DNA of 63,809 bases, counting the filler, from Stramenopiles sp. TOSAG23-3 (lineage: Eukaryota): the NCBI GenBank assembly GCA_900128585.1. It is 11 parts of 11 records of this genome, joined end to end, with 100 filler letters (N's around TTAATTAATTAA, not from the genome) between each part and the next. Parts side by side here need not be neighbours in the genome. Positions count along the whole stretch, not along the records: positions 27,393 to 34,135 come from LT643263.1; positions 34,236 to 40,971 come from LT643264.1; positions 41,072 to 47,796 come from LT643265.1; 8 more parts are not named here. One strand, 5' to 3'. Numbering within the stretch: the stretch's first letter is position 1; every line of letters starts with the position of its first letter. Both the position numbers and the translations under genes were made by a program. The notes below the pieces were generated by a model. That model did no database searches. It was not told where the DNA came from and was given only the letters and a program-made list of their open reading frames with translations. Positions 31,149 through 42,850 of the stretch are shown here, in pieces.

Positions 31149-31691
31149 ATGGATTCTGCACCACCGAGTGAAGCGCCCGTCGTTTACCTGGCCTCACCTT
31201 TGGGGTTTTCAGAGAGCGCAAAAACGTACGTACTTCCACAGATCGTTGCACGACTGGAAGCGGCAGGGGTTCAAGTTTATGAACCGTTTAGTGCCAACAA
31301 CCAGAACGGACTAGGTCCTGACAGTGGCAACAAAATGTGGGCATTGGAGATCGCATATGCCGACGTTGAGGCTGTAAAAAATTCGGACGCAATCTTTGCT
31401 GTGTTGAACGGGCTTCCGCCCGACGAGGGAGTTGCAGTTGAACTCGGTGTCGCCATAGCCCTGGGAAAGCCGACGTTTCTCTTTCGGGATGACTTTAGAA
31501 AAGTTGCAGATAGCACCACATTTTCATGCAACTTGATGCTCTACGCTGGGCTCCCCATGGAGGGATGGGAGAAGTACATTTATGACTCATTAGACGAGAT
31601 AACCGACCCGAACAAAGCGATGGTGCAATGGGTAAGTAGGTTCAAGAGAAACGGCGGCGGCGATGTTGTTGTAGAGAACGGAAACCTTTAG
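31149..31691 (+). CDS. Nucleoside 2'-deoxyribosyltransferase / nucleotide N-hydrolase family protein
   Basis: VYLASPLGFSE, YEPF, D.EAVKNSDAIFAVLNGLPPDEGVAVELGVAIALGKP, NLML. Confidence 0.88.
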   Translation: MDSAPPSEAPVVYLASPLGFSESAKTYVLPQIVARLEAAGVQVYEPFSANNQNGLGPDSGNKMWALEIAYADVEAVKNSDAIFAVLNGLPPDEGVAVELGVAIALGKPTFLFRDDFRKVADSTTFSCNLMLYAGLPMEGWEKYIYDSLDEITDPNKAMVQWVSRFKRNGGGDVVVENGNL

Positions 31692-31811
31692 GGGGTCATA
31701 GTACGTCAAATCACTTGTCAATTAAAAAACAAATTATATTTAATTCTGAAGACTCACTCCGTACGTTCTTCGTACGAGCTCGTATGAACGAGTGCAGCGC
31801 CCGCCCCACTT

Positions 31812-33323
31812 TTACAATCGTCCGTGGGTCAGCCTCCCTCGTCGCCCCGCCCCGCCCCCGTCTACCTGTGCTCTGAATTCAAGCTCTTCCCCAAAGTCCA
31901 TAACTTTATATCTCCAAAAATCGTACAAAACATTGTGTTCCGACATGACCCATGGGTGTTCTGTTCCCTGCCTGGGCATTCGGTCTTCGCTCCGAGTCAA
32001 GTAGCCACTCTGCAGCCCCAAAATATTCCCCCCCGTGTTTTCGCTGACGTTGTCTGCTCGCGGGCAGAACTCCCCGATCCCCCGCGAGTTGCAATGGTTG
32101 ATCAAGTCGCACACGTACTTACTCACGAGGTCTGCCTTCAGCGTCCACCCGGCGTTGCTATACCCCACCGTAAACACGAAGTTTGGAATGTCAGACAGCA
32201 TGCATCCCCTGTACCCAAAGTGTTCCTTTGGCACGTACGGCCGCCCGTCCACGCTCACCTGTATGGTGCTCATCGGAAAATTCTGCTGAAGGTTCAACCC
32301 GGTAGCAGATACGATAATGTCCGCCTTCAGCAGGTCCCCTTTCCTCGTCAATATGCCGTTCTCCTTTATTTCTTCGACGTGGTCGGTAACTACAAGCGCT
32401 TTCCCGATTTTGAGGGCGTGGAAAAAGTCACCGTCCGGACATAGGCACAGCCGCTGGTCCCACGGGTTGTACTTTGGGTTGAAATGGACGTTGGCATCGA
32501 AGTCCTCGGGGCACTGCGCGCGAATCCAACCCATCAGGGCCTTCTTCGACTGGCGCGGGTACATTTGGCAAACGTCGTAGACGGCCTGCTGGCGGAAAAT
32601 GTTCTGCCATCGCTTCACGCTGAAGGCAATGCTCTCCCCGAGCCAGGGCTTGAGCATGTTGTAGAACCAGTCCTTCTTCCTAGGGCTTGATATGAAGTAC
32701 GACGGCGAGCGCTGCAGCATGGTCACTTTTGCCGCGCCCCCCTCGACCAAGGCCGGGACCATCGTCGCCGCCGTCGCCCCACTTCCTATCACTACGATTT
32801 CTTTGCCCTTGTACTCCAGGCCCTTTGGCCAGGTCTGGGGGTGAACGAATTGCCCCCGAAACGACTCCCGGTTCTTGAACTCCGGGGTGTGCGGGTTCTC
32901 GTACGAGTAGTACCCGGTGTTGAAGACCAGGAACTGGCACTTGTACACGGTGCGGTTCTCCGTGATAACGGTCCAGCGCTGGGCGCTGGAGGAGTACGAG
33001 GCGGTCAGCACGTTGGTACCGAAACGAATGTGCCGGCGCAGGTCGTTCTCATCCACCGCATTTTCCAAGTACTCGAGAATTTCCTCTTTCGGCGAAATAA
33101 TAGAATCGGACGTCCAGTTTTTCCAGCTGAACCCGAACGTGTACATGTCGGAGTCGGAGCGAATGCCAGGGTAGTTGAAGAGGTCCCACGTGCCACCCAA
33201 GTTTGACCTCCTCTCTAGGACCACGAACGTCTTCTTCGGACAGTACCTGGAAAGGTGGTAGGCCGTGGATATCCCACTTATACCGCACCCAACGACAACT
33301 ACGTCAAGGGTTTCCGTATTCAT
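31812..33323 (-). CDS. ethA: FAD-dependent Baeyer-Villiger monooxygenase, EthA-like
   Basis: VVGCGISG, GGTWDLFNYPGIRSDSDMYTF, TGYYSY, FRGQFVHPQTWP (BVMO fingerprint), VIGSGATA, LQRSPSY, FNPKYNPWDQRLCLCPDGDFF, WTLKADL. Confidence 0.92.
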   Translation of the reverse strand: MNTETLDVVVVGCGISGISTAYHLSRYCPKKTFVVLERRSNLGGTWDLFNYPGIRSDSDMYTFGFSWKNWTSDSIISPKEEILEYLENAVDENDLRRHIRFGTNVLTASYSSSAQRWTVITENRTVYKCQFLVFNTGYYSYENPHTPEFKNRESFRGQFVHPQTWPKGLEYKGKEIVVIGSGATAATMVPALVEGGAAKVTMLQRSPSYFISSPRKKDWFYNMLKPWLGESIAFSVKRWQNIFRQQAVYDVCQMYPRQSKKALMGWIRAQCPEDFDANVHFNPKYNPWDQRLCLCPDGDFFHALKIGKALVVTDHVEEIKENGILTRKGDLLKADIIVSATGLNLQQNFPMSTIQVSVDGRPYVPKEHFGYRGCMLSDIPNFVFTVGYSNAGWTLKADLVSKYVCDLINHCNSRGIGEFCPRADNVSENTGGNILGLQSGYLTRSEDRMPRQGTEHPWVMSEHNVLYDFWRYKVMDFGEELEFRAQVDGGGAGRRGRLTHGRL

Positions 33324-33859
33324 CTCTTACCGGAAAGAAAAAAAAGAGAAGAGACGGGTGGACGGGTGGACGGACGGACGCCAGGCGGGAGACAAACAAC
33401 GAACGAGCGAACGAACAAACGAAGGAAGGAAGGAACGCACAAACCACAAACAAGACACGCAAACGCACAAACCACAAACAAGACACGCAAAGAAGAGCTA
33501 AATTAACAGGTTCACAGAGAAGGATAAACAAACCAAAGCAAACAAAAGCCAAGAAGAATTAAAATGAGAAGAGAAAATGATGGTCTGAATCGAACAAAAT
33601 TAATTCGGGTGGGGCCGCCCTTCCTCCTCTCCTTCCTCGGCAATTTTTATTATATCCAACCCACCCCCCGACGCCTATCAGATGAGTGGATTATTAAATA
33701 TGGAATTTAGTAGTCGTTCTAGACTATACCAATGCCATTTTATACGTAGAATCCGAGATGAGTGGATTGAGTTAGAGTTGAGTGAATTTTAAAAAATAAA
33801 TAATAAATAATAAAACCAAAAAAATACAAAAATAATATATAAAGCATCATCATCATCAT

Positions 33860-34385
33860 TCTTCTTCTTCTTTTTTTTCTTCTTCTTTCTTCTTCTTCTT
33901 CTTCTTTTTTTTCTTCTTCTTCTTCTTCTTTTTTTTCTTCTTCTTCTTCTTCTTCTTCTTCTTTTTTTTCTTCTTCTTCTTTCTTCTTCTTCTTCTTCTT
34001 CTTCTTTTTTTTCTTCTTCTTCTTTCTTCTTCTTCTTCTTCTTCTTCTTCTTTTTTTTCTTCTTCTTCTTTCTTCTTCTTCTTTCTTCTCTTTCTTCTCT
34101 TTCTTCTTTCTTCTTCTTCTTCTTCTTTTTTTTCTNNNNNNNNNNNNNNNNNNNNNNNNNNNNNNNNNNNNNNNNNNNNTTAATTAATTAANNNNNNNNN
34201 NNNNNNNNNNNNNNNNNNNNNNNNNNNNNNNNNNNTTCTTCTTCTTCTTCTTCTTCTTCTTCTTCTTCTTCTTCTTCTTCTTCTTCTTCTTCTTCTTCTT
34301 CTTCTTTTCTTCTTTTCTTCTTCTTCTCCTTCCTCGTTTTTTCTCTTCTTTTCTTCTCTTCTTCTTCTTCTTCTTTTTTCTTCTT
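33860..34385. repeat. Compound (TTC)n microsatellites at the two contig ends flanking a spacer
   Basis: Long TTC/TTTTTTTTC runs on both sides of the spacer; likely cause of the assembly breaks. Confidence 0.9.
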
Positions 34386-34542
34386 TTTTTGTTTGGGGTG
34401 TTGTTTTTTTGTTCTTCTCCCCCCCCCCGCCGGGCGGAGGCATTTTCTTCACCACGCCCCCATATTATAGTTTTTTTATTCAATTTTATGCGAAGACACT
34501 ATTAAATGAGTTTAAAAACGTAGACATTGAACCAACAATCAT

Positions 34543-35541
34543 ATGCGATTTTGCAGAATTGTTTGTATTGGAAGACAAAGCTTTCCCCGTTCGCCAAGAA
34601 GATATCGTTGGAAGTGCGCCGTGCGAAGAATGTCCTCAATTGTTAGCCTGCTGGATATAGGTGCAAATATGATCGATCCAATGTTTCGAGGGGAATATCG
34701 AGGGAAAACGAGGCATCCCTCCGATTTGAACTTAGTACTTGAACGTGCATGGGCGACAGGACTACGAGAAATCATCGTGACGGCAGGTAGTAAGACCGAG
34801 GCCCAGGAAGCCATCAACTTTTGTGCCGAGACTGACGAGCGGCTGTTCTCTACCGTTGGCGTTCACCCTACGCGATGCAACGAATTTTTGACCTCGGATT
34901 CATACTTGGATGAGCTTTTGCAAATATGCAAGAAGGGAAAAGAGTCCGGCAGGGTGGTTGCGGTTGGAGAGTTTGGTTTGGACTACGAAAGGACGAATTT
35001 CTGCGATATTGAAACGCAGAAAGAATGGTTTCAGAAACAGTTCGTCCTGTCCGAGGAAACTAAGCTACCGCTTTTTCTGCACAACAGGAATTCAACCAAA
35101 GACCTAATCGAAATACTAAACAAAAACCGGGAGCGGTATACTGGAGGTGTAGTTCACTCGTTTGATGGGACAGTGCAAGAAATGAAGGAGCTTGTTGGAA
35201 TGGGATTGTACATAGGCATCAACGGGTGCAGCTTGCGGACGGAGGACAGCTTGAACGTTGTTAAGGAAATACCGAAAGAGCGTTTGCTCATTGAAACGGA
35301 CGCGCCCTGGTGCAGCATCAAGAAGACGCACCCTGGCTACAAGTTTGTAAAGACACACTGGGAAACAAAGAAGGAGAAAAAATTCGTCGAAGGAAAATGT
35401 GTGAACAGCAGGTGTGAGCCATGCCACCTGCTTCAAGTCTTAGAAGTTGTAAGCAGTGTGCGGGGAGAGGAAGATCTCGAAAACTTTGCCACTACCATTT
35501 ACGAGAATAGCAAACGTTTGTTCTTTTCGAATAGCCAATAA
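34543..35541 (+). CDS. TATDN1: TatD family nuclease (TATDN1-like); Arg-rich N-terminal extension, alternative start at 34630
   Basis: DIGANMIDPMFRGEYRGK..HPSD, STVGVHPT, VAVGEFGLDY, LPLFLHNR, GVVHSFDG, IGINGCSL, IETDAPWC, RCEP. Confidence 0.93.
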   Translation: MRFCRIVCIGRQSFPRSPRRYRWKCAVRRMSSIVSLLDIGANMIDPMFRGEYRGKTRHPSDLNLVLERAWATGLREIIVTAGSKTEAQEAINFCAETDERLFSTVGVHPTRCNEFLTSDSYLDELLQICKKGKESGRVVAVGEFGLDYERTNFCDIETQKEWFQKQFVLSEETKLPLFLHNRNSTKDLIEILNKNRERYTGGVVHSFDGTVQEMKELVGMGLYIGINGCSLRTEDSLNVVKEIPKERLLIETDAPWCSIKKTHPGYKFVKTHWETKKEKKFVEGKCVNSRCEPCHLLQVLEVVSSVRGEEDLENFATTIYENSKRLFFSNSQ

Positions 35542-36224
35542 GCATGAGAAGTTACTTGAAGAACAATGTTTTGTCGTTCATTGTTGACTTTTATTCTCTA
35601 CGTACATGGTAATACTGTAAGAACTAATCAATCTCAGGAGTCCAGAAAACACAGACGACGAGAAATTTTCATTTTTGACAGTTGTTGTTAAAGTTATTAT
35701 TTTATATTTCTTCTTCTTCATTTTATTCTTCCCTTTTTTTATTTAATATTTATTACCAAAAGTTGTTGTGTGAGAAGGCACAGTGCACAGTGTCACAGTC
35801 AGCACAAATATGGGTTCTGATTAGAGTTATTTCTTTTAATGTACTTTTATTACTTCGTCTATATAAAATGTTGAATATATTCTATTATTTTCATAATATT
35901 AATTTAAATACAATTAGTTAAAAACGTTCAAAAGAGTTTTTGGATAGTTTTTTGTGTAATACTGTGTGTATATATATATTAATAATGTTCTTCAATATTA
36001 GACGATCCATACACCAGTGGTGGTGTCTCAGTTGGAATGGTAAAAATGAACTAAACCTTAGTACTTCGTTTACACAAGGTAATCAAAGAGATGTATTTGA
36101 ATTCATTTCAAAAAGCATCTCCAGCAGTTCATGATGGATTTTTGCTCACTCATTTAAGTATCAAATTGTTTGCCTTAACGATCGCGCTGATTTTGTAAAC
36201 TTTGAATGTAAAAGAGTTTGAAGT

Positions 36225-36968
36225 ATGGACGACCGGTTACCTTTAATTCCGAACGAAGGAAGGAGCACTTCCTCGAACGAGAAAATAATATACTCGGTAG
36301 TTGCAAGGGGTTCCGATATTCTTTCGGAAGTCTTCGACGGCAACAAGCCTGCAACGGGAAACTACGCAACCGTAGCTGCCCAATTGCTGAAACGTTTCCC
36401 TACCGTTGACGCAAAAAACACGTACAACTGCAACGATGACTTAAACTTTCACCTGCTGTCCTCTGGTGGGCTCTTCTTTCTCTGTTTAGCGGACAAGTCG
36501 GTGAAGTTACGCATAGCATACTCGTTTCTTGGGGAGACGGAGTCGTCTTTTCTAGATGCTTACGGGGACAACTGGAAAACCGCAAATGCCTATTCCTTGA
36601 CAGCATTTAACAAAAGAATGAAGGCCTGCATGAAGAAATGGAACGACCCGAACGTAGACAAAATCTCCAGAATCCAGAGTCAGGTGGAAGACGTGAAAGG
36701 GGTTATGCAAAACAATATATCCAAAGTCCTGGAGCGCGGAGAGAAGCTTGAGGTTCTTGTGGACAGAACGCAAAACTTAGCACAGAGTGCCCAACAGTTT
36801 CACAAACGCGCCAAAAAAGTAAAATGCGCCATGAGGTGGCAAAATATCAAACTGTACCTAATCTTTGGAATGATTGCTCTGATCATCGGATTGATCTTGT
36901 ATTTCTCTTTTAAAGGCGACGATTCAGGAAAGAGTGGAAGCGCCACAACCACAACTCCTGCACCATAA
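36225..36968 (+). CDS. VAMP7: Longin R-SNARE, VAMP7-like
   Basis: Longin domain (IIYSVVARG...ILSE, LRIAYSFL), SNARE motif VKGVMQNNISKVLERGEKLEVLVDRT, C-terminal TM. Confidence 0.92.
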   Translation: MDDRLPLIPNEGRSTSSNEKIIYSVVARGSDILSEVFDGNKPATGNYATVAAQLLKRFPTVDAKNTYNCNDDLNFHLLSSGGLFFLCLADKSVKLRIAYSFLGETESSFLDAYGDNWKTANAYSLTAFNKRMKACMKKWNDPNVDKISRIQSQVEDVKGVMQNNISKVLERGEKLEVLVDRTQNLAQSAQQFHKRAKKVKCAMRWQNIKLYLIFGMIALIIGLILYFSFKGDDSGKSGSATTTTPAP

Positions 36969-37145
36969 AAACGTGGAAAAAAAGCCAGGAGCAGGAAAGT
37001 TATTTTGGCCCGATGGATTGAATTAAGGTTCTTCCCCGAAAATATAATATTAAAGAGTTTTAAATTTTTTAAAGAGTTGTCAACTCTGGCTTCAGAATCT
37101 TTACTTTGAACTTACACACTTAACTTGTACTTACAAGTCATTTTT

Positions 37146-40100
37146 TTAGAAATCCAACGAAGTCAACCTGCCCTGGTTTCTGCTGGAACCTTCTTTTCCG
37201 CCATGGTCCCTTTCTTCCGTAAACAGATCCTCCATTGCATCAAGGATACCCTGGCTTTCCACGCAATTTTCTAGTGCTAAATGGCGTGAGAAGTAAATGG
37301 GACAGTCAATCGATGAGCATGCAATTCCATGGTCCGGACGCCCATGCCCCTGGCAATTCAGGCAGGTATGGATTGCCTCCGCCCTCTTTCTCTCGCACCT
37401 GGTGACTTTCACTTCAACGTGAAACCGAGCCACAGGCTTGTTGCTAGCACAGGAACTGCACAGAAAATGTTTGCTCGCCCCAACTTCGCCGCAAAGAAAA
37501 CAGTGAGTACTCTGGAAAAACTGGGTGATCAATTTTCCCGAAGAGTTTTTTTCTTTCGCGAAAGCACCCGCATTACGGTGCCGAAATACTGGACGGGGCA
37601 TTGTGTTGTACCACGAGTGGACATCCCAATCGTTCGCCAATTTGAACATCCTATCCAAGACCTGCAGAATCTGCCGAGCATAAAATGCAAGGTTCACACG
37701 AATAGAGTAATCGTTAGCAACGCGTTCTGGGGCCACTGCAAGATCAGCTATTTTGTGCTTGTTGCTTAAGGACGTGCCACAGCAGATGACATACGGTATA
37801 AACTCCCGGTTGATCGGTCGCGCCATGGGATCTGAACGCATCTTGGTCATGGCCACAACCATATGGGGGGGGAGAACTTTATAGTTTTCCCTCACTTTTC
37901 TAAAAAATATGAAACGAGACAATGGAAGGTCGCCCCGAAGCAGCCTTTGCATCGAGGCAAGAACATTCTTTCGAAGGCGCTCTTGGGCTCGGTTGGCATA
38001 GTTCTTACCACCCTGCTTTGTCTTGAACAGAACCAGCAGTGCCTCGCGAAGGGTATCGGCAACTACTGGACATTGGTCGCTCCGCATGGTCTCAATGCCT
38101 TTGTCATCCAGTTTCGGTTTATCTCCGGGCGACTCGTACATCCAACCAACGTATCTTTTTTTTGTTTGTAATACACATGGAAGGTACACTTTCTCTAGTT
38201 TCAGCAGCATTGGCTGAAGATTGGTTTCAGACACGCACTTGCTTATTCTGGATCCCACTTCGAAGGCCTTCTCGACTGAGATCCCCTCTTTCATCTGTAC
38301 AAACAGGCTATCCGTGTCGCCATACACAACTCTATTAACGTGGTTAGCGAATTCCCCAGGCTTTTCTTCGACCATTTGGATTGCTTTGAATAGCCGGAAT
38401 CTTCCTGTGATGACGATTGCATCCGCAATGTCGCTGCAGGGCATACGACCACTGAAAGAAGCGGACGTGTAACCATACGTGACGTTAGATATCATCTTTA
38501 AGGCATACTGCCTTGCATCCAGGATTCTTGCAAGGATTTTCTCCCCTTTGGACTTTGCAGTCTTGAGCTCTTTTTTCACCATAATGCGGGTGTTCAGAAG
38601 CTCTTCCAACATATCGGGCAGTATCCCGCGCCGATTTCTGGAAGAAACAAACATGACGCCGTTGCGTGCCATATGTGATTTGGGGTCATTAACGAAATCT
38701 CTCAGACCGTTCTCAACTGGAGGCTCGTAGAACCGCTTCGCTCCGAGGCGCTTTGAGACTTTTCCGTCTCCCCCCATTCGCCCGAGGCAAGTAGAATAGC
38801 ACATATTGTACGCGATCATCAAGCTAGGGTACAAAGACTGGAAGTCGAGGACCACAACGGGGGTTTCCTCATAAAACTTGCTTTCTGGCTCGAGCGTTAG
38901 CGCTTGCTCCTCTAAGGCCCGCTGGGATGCAACGTCGGATTTGCTAGGGGAATACAGCACGTAATTCTTGGGCTTGGTGATTCTTAGCATGACGCTCTCC
39001 ACTCTAAATTGTGAACCGCGCCACAATACGCTGTAGAAATCAATTCCAATCAGGCGCGCCATCTCGCTCGTTCGTCCGATAAGATCAAGTTTGTACATTA
39101 TGTCGAGGTATACGTTTATCTTCCTAGCAATATGCCGAATAGTTCGGGAGCGAAGGTGGTGCCTTCTAAACCACCGAACAAGAACTAAGTGGTCGTGCCG
39201 TGGTAGCCTCGTACGAAGCAAGTGCCATGCCACATTTTCAATGGAATAACCTTTTAGCTTGATCGTGGGCTCTTTGTGCATTAAACGCCACATGCTTAGT
39301 GTTATCCTCCCAATGATGAATATGCCAGCGTTTGGGTCTTTCCCGGTCATATTTAATTCATGGCGATGGTCGGTACGGGACATAGGAGTACGAGAAAAGT
39401 CACGCTCCAATTTGATGCCCAGGGCTCTCCCCCTCGCCAACAAATAGCCCCACGAGTACCTTTCGATGTCCCACCCGATAAGAATATCTGGGTCCACGGC
39501 ATGAACTAAGTCCACCGCGCCCATAAGCAGTTCCCTTTCATTGCTTACGATTGTAACATCGAGGCGCTTTGAGTTCTTCCCCGTGCGTTTCGTTGGTGGG
39601 TATATTCCAAGACCGCCTAGGTTAATGGAAGACTTTAAATTGTCGCCGGCTACGTTCTCGCCGACTACAATAATGCCCTGTCTACGGGTTCCGTAGCTGG
39701 CTCCTGGTACCCCACGGCCGTTGTCGCATTCAACAGTGTATACAATCATAACGACTTTGTCCTTTGAAGGATCAGGCAGTCTTCTATCCTCCCGCAGCGA
39801 TATTGCAAACGTTTCTAACGCCAACCACGACATTTGCTGCGGTCCGCTGTCTAAGCTAAATTCAGATTTTTCAGACGTTAACGAAGGGTTCTGTTGAACC
39901 AAATTCATCCGGTGACCGACACTGCTACTTTGAGAGCTAACGCCACTATCCGGCGAAGGCAAGTTTGACACGTGTTTTGTTTTGTGCCTCAACTTTCTGG
40001 ATTTATCTCCATTGATTAATACACTGGCAGTCGGGGGAATCCTATTTAGCGTCCATACTTGCACGTCCCTAGGGGCAGAAACTTCCAATAGGAACAAATC

Positions 40101-40971
40101 AGTGTTGCCCTTCACTTCTGCGACAATTTGCTTTGCAATAGAAATTTCCACGGGCGTTTCCGCATTTGGGGAAACGTGCTCGAGTTCTTGGGAATAAGAA
40201 TCACTTCTTTCTATCGAAATTGGTGCCGGGGGGAATCTTTGCGACTGCACAATTTTTCTGTTTTGGGAAACCGGTGGTCTTCTCGAGGGGCTGAACATGT
40301 CCATCATTGCCCCCATGGTCGGAATTGTTTTCTTGTCCCCGCGTATGTGTCCCTCCCTTTTTGTCTTGTACGTTCCCATGTTGCTGGGGAAATTAGTCAA
40401 TATCGACCCAGCCCCAAAGGTTGGTACAGGGGGCATTTTGATTGACACTTTTGCAGTCCCTGCAGCCCGATGGTTGTCGACTGCAGTGGCAGGAGAGTCA
40501 TACTCTCGAGGCCGCTTTTTGCGCAATTTTATGGGCGAGGGAGTAAAAATTTGTACATTGTCATTGCTACTGCTAGAACTACCGCGTTCGACTCTGTAGG
40601 CAGGCGCTATGCTTGGGGGACTAGGAGTGTAAATGGTCCCTTCTAAAAGCTGTGTGCCTGACATGCTCTGCGGGGAAACCATGGGATCAGCAAAAATGTT
40701 GTTTGTAGGTCTGGGCACATCATCTTCGCCGATTTCATCAAAACTCCCACGAACACTTCCAGTTTGGGTTATTTCGCTCCTGTACTTCTGGAAAATTTCT
40801 TCCATTTCCAAATCTGGGTCTATTATTCTCCCATCAGGCCCGACAATGGGTTCATCGTCAGATGCCTGTTGTTCCTCTAGCTCTTCATCTCGAATCTGTT
40901 GCATTTGGCTCAGCATAAAAAAACGCTCTTCTTTTCTATCTTCAAGCTGTACTGCTTTAGCAAACACTTCT
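37146..40971 (-). CDS. REV3: DNA polymerase zeta catalytic subunit, 5'-truncated
   Basis: VLWRGSQFRVESVMLR, LDFQSLYPSLMIAYNMCYST, RQYALKMISNVTYGYTSASFSGRMPC, YGDTDSLF, KKRYVG, C-terminal CysA/CysB clusters. Confidence 0.95.
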
Positions 40972-41284
40972 NNNNNNNNNNNNNNNNNNNNNNNNNNNNN
41001 NNNNNNNNNNNNNNNTTAATTAATTAANNNNNNNNNNNNNNNNNNNNNNNNNNNNNNNNNNNNNNNNNNNNAGAGAGAGAAAGAAAGAAAGAAAGAAGAA
41101 GTGAAGTTTCAAATAATATGAAATGAAAGTAAAAAAGAAGACGTGTTACAAAAACGTTGGTAATCTCAGTGGTTGTATCAAGATAGACATTTAAATAGTA
41201 AAGAGAAGCAAGAAACCCAAGTGTTCTGCCATCTTTACCCCTTTTTACATTTACCGCGTTGAAACTTTGTTTGGAAAAATACAA

Positions 41285-42415
41285 ATGTCAAGTAACGCCT
41301 CTTCCTCCTCGACTGCCGATGACGGCTCATTTGTAAAAATCGACTCAAAGGATGTCAAGCTCAGGCAGCGAAAGACGTCCATTACTGGGCGGAAAAAGTC
41401 GCAATCGCAACTGAATACCGAAGCCATCCTCTCCGGTAGTATCGATTCCATATCAAGGACCGTGCCCGAGCAGTACGCAAAGTACATGCAAAAGCTGAAA
41501 CCCGTTATCAGTCCTGTGATGGACGTTTTGTACATTATAGTGCCGTACGTGTTCATGCTCGCCTCGAAGTTGAAAGACGTGTGGGAAATGCTGCAACCTT
41601 ACCACCCCGAAGAGCTCGGTGGGGCCTTTTGTGGCCTCCTGATGGTATACTTTGGTGGCACGTATGTATCGACCATCGCTGCTGTTGAAGCATTTCGGCA
41701 ATGCGGGTGGCAGCGCACCGAGACCCACGTGAAGGTGCTGATGGAAAACTACCGCGCTGCCAAGGTGGAATCGGCGAAAGACGACGCACGGGACGACGAC
41801 GGCGATGGAATCCCAGATATTCAGCAGATTTCAAATAACGACCTGTACCGTCGCAAGCTTCTTCTTCTTGCGAAGTCTGTCAACCCGGACAACGTGACCA
41901 ATGCCTTGGCAGGAATATGGTCAGGGGTCTTCGGTGTCGTTTGTACTCTTCGGATACAATTTGCGCAGGCGGTTACGCTGGGCGCGGCCATCGGGGACGT
42001 GGTCCACAAAGGCGTGCACAAGTACTTGGAACCGACCATTCTGACCATGATACCCGAGGAGCACAACTATTTGAGGAAATGGGTCCCTTCGGTTGTGCGC
42101 TATACCTGCCGCTCCTTTGCGGTGTCGATCGCGTGGCTGCTGCAGCGGGTCATCAGTGCGTTCCACAGTGCCATTCGTGGGAGTGAGATGACCATCAAAG
42201 GGGTATCAATGTATCTTAAACGCCACGGTCACATCGATGAAGTGCCGAAGGAAGGGTCGCAGCTATGGTTTTGCCTAATGTTCGGCCTCGCCATTTCTGG
42301 ATTTTTGTGGCAGTTGCGCATGGGATTTACCTTGCCGTTTCCACTAAATGTCATATTCCTTCCATTTAGCATCTTTGAATGGTTCTTGACCAACATGATC
42401 GGATCAAACCTCTAA
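41285..42415 (+). CDS. Uncharacterised multi-TM protein with DxDxDG Ca-binding-like loop
   Basis: GLLMVYFGG..YVSTIAAVEAFRQCGW, DDARDDDGDGIPD, GFTLPFPLNVIFLPFSIFEWFL. Confidence 0.75.
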   Translation: MSSNASSSSTADDGSFVKIDSKDVKLRQRKTSITGRKKSQSQLNTEAILSGSIDSISRTVPEQYAKYMQKLKPVISPVMDVLYIIVPYVFMLASKLKDVWEMLQPYHPEELGGAFCGLLMVYFGGTYVSTIAAVEAFRQCGWQRTETHVKVLMENYRAAKVESAKDDARDDDGDGIPDIQQISNNDLYRRKLLLLAKSVNPDNVTNALAGIWSGVFGVVCTLRIQFAQAVTLGAAIGDVVHKGVHKYLEPTILTMIPEEHNYLRKWVPSVVRYTCRSFAVSIAWLLQRVISAFHSAIRGSEMTIKGVSMYLKRHGHIDEVPKEGSQLWFCLMFGLAISGFLWQLRMGFTLPFPLNVIFLPFSIFEWFLTNMIGSNL

Positions 42416-42850
42416 ATATTGGACACTCAAGAAATTGCCGAGACGCCGGCTAGTGGGGATATTTGGCTCTGCGGCTTTTGAGATGTTTGGCAAAGAGTGT
42501 TGAAGCCTCGGTGGTTATTTTGTAGTTTGTTTAAAACAAAGTAATCACCTGATACAAAAACACTCTAATAATACTTCTTAAGACGTATTTTATTTTACGT
42601 ATTAATCATATATTGGTATCATACAAAGTAACATATTATCTAAGTCAAGATATCATACTATATATTTTGGTTTTTCATTAGTTTTTTATCTTAAGTCAAG
42701 ACAAAGCGACACGGGTATAAATTTGATTAGTAAAACCACAAAGAGCAGCAACAAGTTCGCAGTACATCTCATGAAGGAACGTAAACCTTAAATGGACAAA
42801 GGCCCTCCTCTTTCAAAACGTGCGACCGTGGTTCGCTTTGCGAACCTTTG

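Noticed and set aside
37146-40971. Family B DNA polymerase as a viral or Polinton marker
   Set aside because: Has REV3-specific motifs and CysA/CysB; it is cellular Pol zeta among host genes
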